64,000 nt of DNA, taken from contig CAZGNC010000002.1 of assembly GCA_964527235.1 (NCBI GenBank), positions 14,275 through 78,274 of the forward strand. Direction: 5' to 3'. Numbering within the stretch: position 1 is the first letter of the stretch; each line of letters opens with the position of its first letter. The notes under the pieces were generated by a model, which was not told the DNA's origin, ran no database searches, and saw only the letters and a list, made by a program, of their open reading frames with translations. Below, piece by piece: positions 1 to 9,031 of this stretch. The DNA is from an uncultured Candidatus Saccharibacteria bacterium. Its GTDB lineage: Bacteria > Patescibacteriota > Minisyncoccia > Phycocordibacterales > UBA9973. The translations under genes and the position numbers were made by a program.

Positions 1-640
1 TAGCTAGGTTGTCGATAGGCTTACCATTCATTATCACCACTTCTAGGCCCGCCACCATAGCATCTGTAGAAGCCGTAGGATCAAAGGGCGTACTCAAACC
101 AGGTTTCCAGTCCCTGGGAATTAAATTTAGATATTCAGCCCATGATAAATGCTCAAATTTTTTGGCGTTTGGATTGTGTCGAGGATCAGAATCATAAACA
201 TGGTCTATGTTCGATAAATTTATAATCCTCTTTGCTCCAACTTTCTTAGCTGCAAGCACAGCATCCCAATCAGTGCTATGACCCGGTCGGTAAGCAGCCC
301 CGATTATTACCGGCTTAGTTGTCGGGAAGTCTTCTGAGAGATTACAGATCACCTCGGAATGTGCTTTGTCTTCAAAAATAACTCTCACTAATTCCCCATT
401 TAGTCTAAGAGCAGATATGCCTATCCAATCCAGATCTTCACTCTGCGGTTTTGATAAATTTTTTGCTGCATCTTGATAAACTCTTGCTACTTTCCCTCCA
501 CCTGTTACGATAATAAACTTTTTCCCATTTTCAATATGAGACAAAATTAGTTCTTTGAATTCTTTCAAGAAGTTAGTGTCCACTCCGTCTGGCACGATAA
601 GCGATCCGCCAAGTGAGATAATAATAGTTTCTTTTTCCAT
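1..640 (-). CDS. pyrH: UMP kinase (archaeal-type uridylate kinase), partial; the C-terminus runs off the window
   Basis: Reverse-strand translation from the ATG at 640-638 reads MEKETIIISLGGSLIV...VTGGGKVAR...PGHSTD. This is the amino-acid-kinase-fold UMP kinase pattern. It is absent from the ORF track because it is truncated at the window edge. Confidence 0.6.
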   Translation of the reverse strand, partial: MEKETIIISLGGSLIVPDGVDTNFLKEFKELILSHIENGKKFIIVTGGGKVARVYQDAAKNLSKPQSEDLDWIGISALRLNGELVRVIFEDKAHSEVICNLSEDFPTTKPVIIGAAYRPGHSTDWDAVLAAKKVGAKRIINLSNIDHVYDSDPRHNPNAKKFEHLSWAEYLNLIPRDWKPGLSTPFDPTASTDAMVAGLEVVIMNGKPIDNLA

Positions 641-641
641 A

Positions 642-1229
642 TTATAAATTTAGTGCTTTATTTATATCTTTCTGCACATCTTCGATAGACTGCTCGCCGT
701 TTATGGTGTAGATTTCATAACCTGGTTTACCTTTGAAATATTCCATTGCAGGAATTACATTATTCTCATATTCAGCGAACCTGCGCGCTAGGCCTTCTTC
801 TGTATCATCTTTGCGTCCCCTCTTTAGGTTGCGCTTCATAGCTTCTTCTTTACTGAGTTCTATGTAGATAATTTTTACATTTTCTCTGTTGTAGAACTTC
901 ATCATTGCTTCGAAGTTCTCTGACTGCACGATAGTACGGGGATAACCATCAGCGATAAGATGCTTCTCGGGAGTTATGGACGACATTACTATATTTGCAA
1001 ATATAGAATTAGTTAGAAAGTTCGGCTGAAGTTCCCCGCGGTGTAAAGAATCCCGAACCAAACTGCCGGTATAACTATCAGACTCTATGAGGTTTCTAAA
1101 CTCTGCACCAGGGTAGGCATAGACTATCTCCTTGCCATCTTTGGCCTTAAGGAGTTCCATGAGTAGGTTTACTTGAGTTCCTTTACCAGAACCCACTATC
1201 CCAAAAAATACAAAAGTTTGAACTTGCAT
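642..1229 (-). CDS. adk: adenylate kinase
   Basis: P-loop GIVGSGKGT. The NMP-binding and LID regions are present, with ADGYPRT matching the adk DGFPRT motif. The position after secY is the conserved spc-operon position. Confidence 0.85.
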   Translation of the reverse strand: MQVQTFVFFGIVGSGKGTQVNLLMELLKAKDGKEIVYAYPGAEFRNLIESDSYTGSLVRDSLHRGELQPNFLTNSIFANIVMSSITPEKHLIADGYPRTIVQSENFEAMMKFYNRENVKIIYIELSKEEAMKRNLKRGRKDDTEEGLARRFAEYENNVIPAMEYFKGKPGYEIYTINGEQSIEDVQKDINKALNL

Positions 1230-1288
1230 GAATTCAGAATACCTAATTTTACTTGAAAAATCAAGGTTTAACTTGTATTATGTAGGTA

Positions 1289-1855
1289 ATGAAAAAAGAG
1301 ATTATAACTATCTGTGGAGGGCTTGGCAGTGGGAAATCTAGCACTGCGAAACTGGTCGCTAAGGAGCTTGGATTTAAGCATTTTTCCTCTGGGGACTTCT
1401 TTAGACAAGTCGGGGTAGAAATGGGACTGTCTGTAAATGAAATAAATAAAAGAGCAGAATCCGACCCAGAAATTGACTATCGCACAGATCAGAAACTACG
1501 GGACATGAGAGATGCAAGTAAGGTTGTTATAGACTCTCGCACAGCTTTTCATTGGATTCCAGAATCTTTTAAAGTTTACCTCGACCTCCCAGCAGAAATA
1601 GCAAAGCACAGAGTAGTAAAGAGTCTCACTGAAAATTCTTTACGTAACCAAAGTGAGCAAGTTTCAACCCCAGAAGAAGCCTATGAGAAGATGATTGAAA
1701 GACTAGAAAGTGAACAGAAAAGATACTGGAATTTATATAAAATAAATAACAAAGATTTAACTCAGTTCGATCTAGTAGTAGACACAAACAAAAACAACCT
1801 CGAGGAGGTTGTTTCTATCGTACTCAATGAGTACAAAAACTGGCTTTCAAAATAA
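1289..1855 (+). CDS. cmk: cytidylate kinase, archaeal/type-2 form
   Basis: ICGGLGSGKSSTAKLVAKELGFKHFSSGDFFR...DPEIDYRTDQ matches archaeal-type CMP kinases. It is encoded antisense between adk and secY. Confidence 0.65.
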   Translation: MKKEIITICGGLGSGKSSTAKLVAKELGFKHFSSGDFFRQVGVEMGLSVNEINKRAESDPEIDYRTDQKLRDMRDASKVVIDSRTAFHWIPESFKVYLDLPAEIAKHRVVKSLTENSLRNQSEQVSTPEEAYEKMIERLESEQKRYWNLYKINNKDLTQFDLVVDTNKNNLEEVVSIVLNEYKNWLSK

Positions 1856-1858
1856 ATA

Positions 1859-3130
1859 TTAGTACTCTCTCATCGATACCTGAGCATCAACTTTCTTGAT
1901 GAGATCTAGCACAACTGAGACAACGATGAGGAGCGCAGTACCACCGAGCGCAAGCGCTGTGATGTTTGTAAGCGCGCGCATGATTAGGGGCAAGACTGCG
2001 ATAAACCCTAAGAATGTGGCACCAAGAAGTGTAATGCGACTTAGAACTTTAGAGATATATTCAGCAGTAGAAGCACCTGGGCGAATGCCTGGGATAAACG
2101 CACCATTCTTCTGTAAATTCGTGGACAATGCTTCAGGGTCAAAAGTCACCGCAGTGTAGAAGTAAGTGAATAGGAAAACCAAGAAGAAATAAAGCACTGC
2201 ATAGAGCACTGAAGTCTGAGAGAAAGAAAGGAGCACAGCAGAAACTTTAGTTGCTATCGGGCCAGAAAATCTAGAAAGAAACGCACCAATCATCTGAGGG
2301 AAAAGCAATATAGATAGCGCGAAGATTATCGGGATAACTCCAGCTTGGTTAACACGTAGTGGTAGATATGTAGATCCCCCGCCGTAAACCTTGAGTCCTC
2401 TTACACGCTTTGCATAAGTTACAGGGATAGGACGCTCTGCTTCAGTCACCACCACCACCCCAGCAATAATCAACACACCAACAACCACGAACATAATATA
2501 AAGTGGAAGTTGAGAAACATCAAAGGTAAATATCAACTGTGCAACTTCAGAAGGAATACGAGAAACGATACCAGCAAAGATTAGTAGAGAGACTCCGTTA
2601 CCAATACCGAATTCAGAAATAAGTTCACCCAACCACATCAAGAGTATAGAACCAGCGATAACTACGATCAGGTTAGCGATGCGATCGAAAGCAGTAAGCT
2701 CTCCTAAGATGCCCTGATTCTCAAGAATAGCTAGCAAGGAGAAACCTTGGATAGCTGCAAGAGGAACTGTCGCTAGACGAGAGTATTGAGTAAATCTTCG
2801 GCGTCCTGCCTCTCCTTCTTCGTGGTAAATTCGCTTCAAAGCTGGCACCATTATAGTCAAAAGCTGCATTATGATGGAGCTTGTAATGTATGGACCAACA
2901 CCTAGCATGATTATAGATAGGTTAGAAAGACCACCTCCAGAGAATATATTTAAAATTCCAAAGAATTGGTTATTAGAAAGGAAACGAGATAGCGCTACTG
3001 TATCTATTCCTGGTATTGGTATTGCAGAGAAAAGTCTGAAAATAACTAACGCAAAAAATACGAACAAAACCTTACGGCGGAGAGATCTGTCCGTCCATAC
3101 CAATTTAATTTTATTCCAGAAATTTTGCAT
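1859..3130 (-). CDS. secY: preprotein translocase subunit SecY
   Basis: 10-TM protein with the canonical SecY signature GILNIFSGGGLSNLSIIMLGVGPYITSSIIMQLL. Confidence 0.95.
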   Translation of the reverse strand: MQNFWNKIKLVWTDRSLRRKVLFVFFALVIFRLFSAIPIPGIDTVALSRFLSNNQFFGILNIFSGGGLSNLSIIMLGVGPYITSSIIMQLLTIMVPALKRIYHEEGEAGRRRFTQYSRLATVPLAAIQGFSLLAILENQGILGELTAFDRIANLIVVIAGSILLMWLGELISEFGIGNGVSLLIFAGIVSRIPSEVAQLIFTFDVSQLPLYIMFVVVGVLIIAGVVVVTEAERPIPVTYAKRVRGLKVYGGGSTYLPLRVNQAGVIPIIFALSILLFPQMIGAFLSRFSGPIATKVSAVLLSFSQTSVLYAVLYFFLVFLFTYFYTAVTFDPEALSTNLQKNGAFIPGIRPGASTAEYISKVLSRITLLGATFLGFIAVLPLIMRALTNITALALGGTALLIVVSVVLDLIKKVDAQVSMREY

Positions 3131-3135
3131 GCTTT

Positions 3136-3447
3136 TTATTTAATTCTTATCTTGCGGCCCTTCAACCCGAGTCTCTTCCTCATAGCCGAGAAAGATTCAC
3201 GCTTGTCTCCTTCGTTTACCAATTTGTCTTTAGTAAGTATCAACATTTTGTTGATGGACTTGAACTGGTATCCGCGGTTCTTAGGGAGCTTCTTTATGAT
3301 ATCACGAAGTTCTGGTCGGCGCTTGTTACCAGCACGAGCTGTCTGACCCTTACCTCCGCGACCTGAAGTCTTAGCGTGTTTACCACCGCGTCCTACGATG
3401 CGGTCCTTTTTGTTCTTATGAATTCTTTTAAGGTTATGTATCTGCAT
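3136..3447 (-). CDS. rplO: 50S ribosomal protein L15 (short form)
   Basis: GRGGKHAKTSGRGGKGQTARAG Gly/Arg-rich N-terminal L15 motif. It lies between secY and rpsE with no L30 gene in between. Confidence 0.8.
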   Translation of the reverse strand: MQIHNLKRIHKNKKDRIVGRGGKHAKTSGRGGKGQTARAGNKRRPELRDIIKKLPKNRGYQFKSINKMLILTKDKLVNEGDKRESFSAMRKRLGLKGRKIRIK

Positions 3448-3455
3448 AAAATTAT

Positions 3456-4019
3456 TTAACTATTTTTCTCTTCTTTTGGAACCTCTTTACCTAACTGCAC
3501 CATTGTTTCAGGGATAGCCTTGGTATACTTAGAAGACACTTGTGCAAGAGCTCCCATAACCGCCTTGGCATTGTTCAATTTGTTTTTACTTCCAGAAAGT
3601 ATTTTACCAGTTACGTCTTTCACACCTGAAAGCTTTATGATATCGCGCATAACAGAACCAGCTACAAGTCCTCGTCCGCGATTTGGGAATATAGCAACCT
3701 GAGCACTTCCGAACTTCGCTCGAACTTCATGAGGGATAGAAAGAGATTTATTCAAATTAAGCTTGATCATGTTCTTCTTAGCATTACGAAGAGCTTTGTT
3801 GATAGCAAGTGCTGTATCTCCTGCCTTACCAAGACCAAGGCCGATAGCACCTTTATTGTCTCCTGCTACTAGAGCAACAGAGAAAGAAAATCTTCGTCCT
3901 CCAGCAACCACACGAGTCACACGACGAATACTAATGATCTTTTGATCAAATTCTGGCTTTGGTCTGCTTTGAGCAGGACCTCGGCGACCGGTATGCTTTT
4001 TTTCGTTAGTCTTTTCCAT
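3456..4019 (-). CDS. rpsE: 30S ribosomal protein S5
   Basis: S5 dsRBD and C-terminal domain motifs (VTRVVAGGRRFSFSVALVAGDNKG, GSVMRDIIKLSGVKDV). Confidence 0.9.
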   Translation of the reverse strand: MEKTNEKKHTGRRGPAQSRPKPEFDQKIISIRRVTRVVAGGRRFSFSVALVAGDNKGAIGLGLGKAGDTALAINKALRNAKKNMIKLNLNKSLSIPHEVRAKFGSAQVAIFPNRGRGLVAGSVMRDIIKLSGVKDVTGKILSGSKNKLNNAKAVMGALAQVSSKYTKAIPETMVQLGKEVPKEEKNS

Positions 4020-4026
4020 AAATTTA

Positions 4027-4368
4027 TTAGAATTTTAGTCCGCCTGCTCGGGCCTCATCTGCTACTAATTTAATACGTCCAGTATATTTGAATCCATTTC
4101 GGTCGAAGACAACTTCATTAATCTTGATCCCCTTACACTTCTCACTGATCATTTTACCTACTTCTTTTGCGCGTTCAGTCTTTGTGCCCTTGGTAGCTTT
4201 GATATCACTAGCTTCTACTAGAGTCTTACCACTCGCATCATCGATCACCTGTGCATAAATGAATTTATTCGAACGAAATACTGAAAGTCGAGGACGAGAC
4301 GAAGTACCAGAAATCCTTGCTCGGATTTTCTTCTTTAATCTTATTCTTTTGTCCTGTTTGTTTTGCAT
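4027..4368 (-). CDS. rplR: 50S ribosomal protein L18
   Basis: RPRLSVFRSNKFIYAQVIDD is the L18 signature. Operon position fits. Confidence 0.9.
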   Translation of the reverse strand: MQNKQDKRIRLKKKIRARISGTSSRPRLSVFRSNKFIYAQVIDDASGKTLVEASDIKATKGTKTERAKEVGKMISEKCKGIKINEVVFDRNGFKYTGRIKLVADEARAGGLKF

Positions 4369-4386
4369 GGTACTTTTTAATTCTTA

Positions 4387-4920
4387 TTAAACTGTCTTCT
4401 TGCCTTGCTTCCTGCGGATAACCTCATCATCGTAACGCATACCCTTACCCTTGTAAGGCTCAGGCTTCTTAAGCGCACGCACTGCAGCTGCAAAGCTACC
4501 GACTAATTCTTTATCAATTCCTGTGATAGTTATGTTGTTCTTTTCTGCTGTAGCAGTTATTCCTTCTGGGATAGCTACAACAACTGGGTGAGAAAATCCT
4601 AAAGCTAGGACCATTTCTTTTCCTTTAACTTCGGACTTAAATCCAACTCCTTCAAGTATAAGCTTCTTCTGGTAAGGAGTCTGCACACCAGCGATCATGT
4701 TCTTCAAATGAGAAGCGTAAGTTCCCCAAAGAGATTTTAGGAATTTGTCATTGCGTCCGATGTTTAGAGTTATGATTCCATCGCCCAACTTTATCTCAAC
4801 CTCAGGGCGGAAATCTTTAACCAAAGTACCCTTAGGACCAACTACTTTTACAGTAGCCCCATCTCGTGTGACTGTGACTCCTGCAGGTATTTGAATTTCT
4901 TGTTTTCCTATTCTTGACAT
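4387..4920 (-). CDS. rplF: 50S ribosomal protein L6
   Basis: MSRIGKQEIQIPAGVTV...two L6 repeats. Operon position fits. Confidence 0.9.
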   Translation of the reverse strand: MSRIGKQEIQIPAGVTVTRDGATVKVVGPKGTLVKDFRPEVEIKLGDGIITLNIGRNDKFLKSLWGTYASHLKNMIAGVQTPYQKKLILEGVGFKSEVKGKEMVLALGFSHPVVVAIPEGITATAEKNNITITGIDKELVGSFAAAVRALKKPEPYKGKGMRYDDEVIRRKQGKKTV

Positions 4921-4926
4921 AAAATT

Positions 4927-5313
4927 TTAAAAAATTTGGAACAATGCTTCTCCGCCGACATTTTCTTTCCTTGCTTCCTTGCCAGAGAGTATCCCCTTTG
5001 GAGTAGAAAGTACTAATAAACCTCCGCCATTTCGTACTGGATGAATTTCCTTGATACCAAAGTATACTCGTCGGGACTGCTTAGAAATTCTTTGCACATC
5101 AGAAATACGAGGCTTCTTGTCAACGTAAGAAAGCTCTATTTCAAGTACTGGATGATTTAGTCTTACTTTCTTAGAGATCTTGCCAACATAGCCTTCTTTC
5201 TTCAGGCACTCTGCTACAGCGTTCTTCATTTTAGAATAAGGCAACACAACAGACTCCTTACCTGCAAGGCCTGCGTTCTTAAGCATTATTATCATGTTTG
5301 AAATTGGATCCAT
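4927..5313 (-). CDS. rpsH: 30S ribosomal protein S8
   Basis: MDPISNMIIMLKNA...GGEALFQIF. S8 N- and C-terminal motifs. Confidence 0.9.
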   Translation of the reverse strand: MDPISNMIIMLKNAGLAGKESVVLPYSKMKNAVAECLKKEGYVGKISKKVRLNHPVLEIELSYVDKKPRISDVQRISKQSRRVYFGIKEIHPVRNGGGLLVLSTPKGILSGKEARKENVGGEALFQIF

Positions 5314-5329
5314 GTGATTGTATTGATTA

Positions 5330-5515
5330 TTACCAAGAAGATTTACGTACTCCTGGAAGCATGCCCTCGTTAGCTAATTCTCTGAAGCAGATACGGCAGA
5401 TGTTGAAATCTCGCATAAAACCGTTTCCTCGGCCACAGCGAAAACATCGATTTTTCTGTCGAGTGCTAAACTTTGGTGTTTTTTTACTTCGTGCTACTAC
5501 TGATGTTTTTGCCAT
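5330..5515 (-). CDS. rpsN: 30S ribosomal protein S14, zinc-binding type Z
   Basis: 61 aa with CFRCGRGNGFMRDFNICRICFRELA; CxxC...CxxC zinc S14. Confidence 0.9.
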   Translation of the reverse strand: MAKTSVVARSKKTPKFSTRQKNRCFRCGRGNGFMRDFNICRICFRELANEGMLPGVRKSSW

Positions 5516-5629
5516 AAAAAATTATACAGGGTTAGTCTTGCAATATCTCACTTTTTTTCTTTTGAGCCAAAATAATCAGGTCCCAAAAGGAGAAAAGCGG
5601 ATTAATCAAGGCTTATTTCCCTTAGGTAG

Positions 5630-5658
5630 ATACTATCAAATTGAGAGACATTAGTCAA
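5630..5658 (-). promoter_or_regulatory. sigma70-like promoter reading into rpsN: TTGACT, 17 nt, TGaTAGTAT (extended -10)
   Basis: Minus-strand sequence TTGACTaatgtctctcaatttgaTAGTAT lies about 110 nt upstream of the rpsN ATG. Confidence 0.4.
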
Positions 5659-5671
5659 ATATATCCCCTAT

Positions 5672-6190
5672 TTAATATGGATGGCAAAGACAATACTCTT
5701 TGGTCGCCAAGTCATTCGTGCACCAATTAATCACCCCCACAAAAGGTCTGCAAGATGGGGATATACCTATGGTTGTATCAGGCACAGCATCTAAAATGGT
5801 AACCATAAGGGCTCCACTAGAAGTTCCCGGGCCATAGTTATAATAATTATAACCATTGTACAGTTCGGGATTAGTACTATTGGGACTAACAGGCACTGCA
5901 CCGAGAAAACCCTCTGCCACCAACTGGCTAGCCATGGAATCGAAGTTATCTGACCATTGGTTTGTTAAAACATTTGCCCCTTCGTTGGGATATCTTCCAT
6001 GTTCGTCAAAATAAAGTTGTAGTGCGTTAGACACCTGCCTAAGTTCAACTATTTTCTTAATATCTTTAGCTCTCAAACGTGCGTGTCTTAAATTTGCAAA
6101 AATAATAGACGAGAGAAGGCTAATAATAGCCACAACCACCAATAGTTCTATCAGAGTGAAACCTTTTTTTGTTGTGTTTATTTTAAACAT
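5672..6190 (-). CDS. type IV pilin / pseudopilin-like protein (class III signal peptide)
   Basis: N-terminus MFKINTTKKG|FTLIELLVVVAIISLL is the prepilin peptidase cleavage/methylation motif, with Gly at -1 and Glu at +5. There is a C-terminal Cys cluster. Confidence 0.7.
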   Translation of the reverse strand: MFKINTTKKGFTLIELLVVVAIISLLSSIIFANLRHARLRAKDIKKIVELRQVSNALQLYFDEHGRYPNEGANVLTNQWSDNFDSMASQLVAEGFLGAVPVSPNSTNPELYNGYNYYNYGPGTSSGALMVTILDAVPDTTIGISPSCRPFVGVINWCTNDLATKEYCLCHPY

Positions 6191-6202
6191 ATCTCTAACT
6201 CT

Positions 6203-6430
6203 CTATTGAGAAATACCAGCTTGATTAACTCCCAGCCCAGCAGCTTGATTTATCAAAATCATATCCTCTAAAGTATATCTACCGACAGTTGTAGAAATAT
6301 AATGATTAATAAAAAACAAAACTAAAATCATTAATACAGTGCCCAACAAAACATCTGAGATACTATAATATATCTTAATAACACCGTCTTCATGCTCTTT
6401 AACATGCTTCTTCCTAATAAATTTAATCAT
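6203..6430 (-). CDS. small membrane protein, unknown function
   Basis: 75 aa with one TM helix. Same transcription unit as the pilin-like gene. Confidence 0.35.
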   Translation of the reverse strand: MIKFIRKKHVKEHEDGVIKIYYSISDVLLGTVLMILVLFFINHYISTTVGRYTLEDMILINQAAGLGVNQAGISQ

Positions 6431-6436
6431 AAAATA

Positions 6437-6754
6437 TTATCTAACAAATTGAGACTGATCAATTTTCTTAATATCAACCAAATTAGTCCTCTGCACCTGT
6501 CCTGACCTAAAAAAAAGATGGAACGAAGTTATAAGGGCTAAAAATGCTAAGACAAATACCAAATAATCAGCGTGTTCTTCATTTTTTATCAAACCTCCCG
6601 AGTACTTTATTACAAATTGAACCATTCTAGGAGTACTGGAGCCTGGGTTGGGTTTTGAATTTCTAAGTTGTTGATCGACAATTGAAGTTTGATTGAACGC
6701 CCGTAGCGCCTCCCTTATCTCACTGTTGTTGCCAACTCCCATGTTCTCTACCAT
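6437..6754 (-). CDS. hypothetical protein with a C-terminal TM segment
   Basis: 105 aa, tightly spaced with the following genes. A hairpin terminator after rplE lies upstream of it. Confidence 0.35.
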   Translation of the reverse strand: MVENMGVGNNSEIREALRAFNQTSIVDQQLRNSKPNPGSSTPRMVQFVIKYSGGLIKNEEHADYLVFVLAFLALITSFHLFFRSGQVQRTNLVDIKKIDQSQFVR

Positions 6755-6837
6755 GCTAAATAAGTATACCTTATCTCAAAAGCAAACAACACCCCTCTCG
6801 AGGTGTTTTGTTTGCTTTGTTTATATTTAAGTAAATA

Positions 6838-7401
6838 CTATCTCTTCTTCTCTTCTTCCTTCTTAAAAGGCATACCTAGAAGCTCAAAGAAGGCCATTCC
6901 TTCTTTTTGTGTTTTAGCTGAAGAAACCAAAGTAATAGCAAGCCCGAATACATCCTTTATGTCCTCGTCTGCTGTTTCTGGGAAAATAGTGTGCTCTTTG
7001 ATACCTAGGGTAAAGTTACCGATATTGTCTACTGCCTTGCGGTTCACACCACGGAAGTCCTTGGTTCTAGGTAGAGCTACGTTGATAAGCTTTTCAAGGA
7101 AAGAATACATACGATCTCCACGAAGAGTCACAACTACACCGATAGGGTCGCCCTGACGAATCTTGAAAGAAGCCACAGACTGCTTAGCACCACGTAGTGC
7201 ACCCTTCTGTCCTGTGATCTTTGCCAAACGATCCATGATGGCATTGTTCTTGTTCTTGTCTTTCTTGATTGCAGTTCCAGTACCAACACTAATAACCACC
7301 TTCTTCATCTTAGGAGCGGCCATGACATTCTTGTAATGAAAGCCTGCTTTCATTTTCTCAAATGCCTCTTTTTCTTTTTCTTTTACAGTTAAATGTTTCA
7401 T
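6838..7401 (-). CDS. rplE: 50S ribosomal protein L5
   Basis: L5 motifs (NVMAAPKMKKVVISVGTG, GDPIGVVVTLRGDRMYSFLEKLINVALPR). Confidence 0.9.
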   Translation of the reverse strand: MKHLTVKEKEKEAFEKMKAGFHYKNVMAAPKMKKVVISVGTGTAIKKDKNKNNAIMDRLAKITGQKGALRGAKQSVASFKIRQGDPIGVVVTLRGDRMYSFLEKLINVALPRTKDFRGVNRKAVDNIGNFTLGIKEHTIFPETADEDIKDVFGLAITLVSSAKTQKEGMAFFELLGMPFKKEEEKKR

Positions 7402-7415
7402 ATGCGTTCTTTGTA

Positions 7416-7721
7416 TTAAATTTCCTGATTACTTGCTCGAGCAATGCGCACTATCTTGTCGCCTACTTTCTTCTTACCAACACGAGTAGCCTTTCCGCTC
7501 TTTGGATCGAGAATTTGCACATTTGAAGCATTGATTGGCATAGCCACATCTACCATAGAACCCTTCTCTCCAGAACGTCGAGGACGTTGGTGCTTTTTGA
7601 CCATGTTCAAACCTTCAACAATCACTTTGTTTTCGCTAGGTAGGGCTCGGACAATTTTACCTTTCTTGCCCTTGTCCTTTCCTGTGGTCACTATTACGTT
7701 GTCGCCTTTTTTTAATTTCAT
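7416..7721 (-). CDS. rplX: 50S ribosomal protein L24
   Basis: KLKKGDNVIVTTGKDKGKKGKI; KOW motif. Confidence 0.9.
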   Translation of the reverse strand: MKLKKGDNVIVTTGKDKGKKGKIVRALPSENKVIVEGLNMVKKHQRPRRSGEKGSMVDVAMPINASNVQILDPKSGKATRVGKKKVGDKIVRIARASNQEI

Positions 7722-7738
7722 AAATTTTCTTCTATGTA

Positions 7739-8110
7739 TTATATAACCTCTGGAGCAAGTGATATTATCTTCTGGAAACCTTTCTCCGCTAGCTCACGAG
7801 GGATTGGGCCGAACACACGTCCTGCCTTTGGATCCTTCTTTCCCTTTTCAAGGATTACTACTGCGTTATCATCGAAACGAATATATGATCCATCCTTTCG
7901 GCGAAAAGCGTTACTGGTACGCACAACCACAGCCTGGTGCACGTCCTTCTTCTTGATCATCTTACGAGGTTGTGCAACTTTAACAGAAATCATAACCAAG
8001 TCCCCGATAGCTGCATATCTTTTCTTGGAACTACCAAGAACCTTGAATACTGCTCCTAGAGTACCTCCGCCGTTGTCTGTTATTTTTACTAGTGATCGTG
8101 GTTGAATCAT
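7739..8110 (-). CDS. rplN: 50S ribosomal protein L14
   Basis: MIQPRSLVKITDNGG...L14 signature. Confidence 0.9.
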   Translation of the reverse strand: MIQPRSLVKITDNGGGTLGAVFKVLGSSKKRYAAIGDLVMISVKVAQPRKMIKKKDVHQAVVVRTSNAFRRKDGSYIRFDDNAVVILEKGKKDPKAGRVFGPIPRELAEKGFQKIISLAPEVI

Positions 8111-8114
8111 AAAA

Positions 8115-8390
8115 TTATTTTATTACTTTGAAATTTTTATCCTTAGAAATAGGGCGAGTGGATTGGATAGATACATTGTCCCCTACTTTAAATTTATTCT
8201 CTTCATCGTGTGCCTTGTATTTCTTGTTAACCTTGTAGAATTTTCCGTAAAGTGGGTGTTTAACAAAGCGAGACACAGAAACAACAACAGTCTTGTCCAT
8301 TTTGTCAGACACTACTACACCCTTAAGCACGATACCCTTTGCAGTGGTTTCGCCTTTCTTTTCTTTTGTTGTTTTCATGCTCTTTGTCAT
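8115..8390 (-). CDS. rpsQ: 30S ribosomal protein S17
   Basis: OB-fold S17 motifs. Operon position fits. Confidence 0.85.
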   Translation of the reverse strand: MTKSMKTTKEKKGETTAKGIVLKGVVVSDKMDKTVVVSVSRFVKHPLYGKFYKVNKKYKAHDEENKFKVGDNVSIQSTRPISKDKNFKVIK

Positions 8391-8400
8391 ATTACTAATA

Positions 8401-8592
8401 TTATCTACTGTTAATTTCAGTTAAAACTCTAGCGATTTGTTTACGAATGGCTGCACCTTCTTTGACATTCTTAGACTTAGAACCCTCAGCTTTAAATCTA
8501 ATAGTGTGGAGCTCTGTTTCGAGAGCGGTATGTTTTTTCTTAAGCTCCTCAACCTTCATTTCTTTTAAATTTTCTTTTTTACTCTTTGCCAT
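8401..8592 (-). CDS. rpmC: 50S ribosomal protein L29
   Basis: 63 aa helical protein, [20 protein letters not shown]. Operon position fits. Confidence 0.85.
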   Translation of the reverse strand: MAKSKKENLKEMKVEELKKKHTALETELHTIRFKAEGSKSKNVKEGAAIRKQIARVLTEINSR

Positions 8593-8596
8593 AAAA

Positions 8597-9022
8597 TTAT
8601 TTGTGGATTCTAGCTACTACTCTAGTCTTTACTGGAAGCTTGGTACCAGCTTTACGCAATGCCTCACGAGCTACTGCTTCATCAACTCCGTCAACTTCGA
8701 AGATTATGCGTCCAGGGAAAACATCGAAACAATATCCTTGTGGATCTCCTTTACCCTTTCCCATGCCCACCTCTGCGGCTTTCGCAGTAAAAGGTCGATC
8801 AGGGAAAATACGAATCCAAAGCTTACCAGCCTTAGTTAGAGTTCGAGAGATTACCTTACGTGCAGACTCTATCTGCTTGGATTCTACTCGAGCCTGAGTT
8901 TCAGCTTTAAGTGCGTAAGAACCGAAAGCGATCTTGGTGCCACGAGTATCAGGCGAGATCTTCTTAGGATTAGATCTCTTGGTTTGCCATTTTCTAAATT
9001 TTACTTTTTTCGGTAGTAACAT
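8597..9022 (-). CDS. rplP: 50S ribosomal protein L16
   Basis: MLLPKKVKFRKWQTKRS...L16 N-terminus. Confidence 0.9.
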   Translation of the reverse strand: MLLPKKVKFRKWQTKRSNPKKISPDTRGTKIAFGSYALKAETQARVESKQIESARKVISRTLTKAGKLWIRIFPDRPFTAKAAEVGMGKGKGDPQGYCFDVFPGRIIFEVDGVDEAVAREALRKAGTKLPVKTRVVARIHK

Positions 9023-9031
9023 GGTAGTTTA

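Noticed and set aside
9-197. 62-aa ORF on the plus strand at the window start
   Set aside because: It lies antisense within the pyrH (UMP kinase) coding region and has no support.
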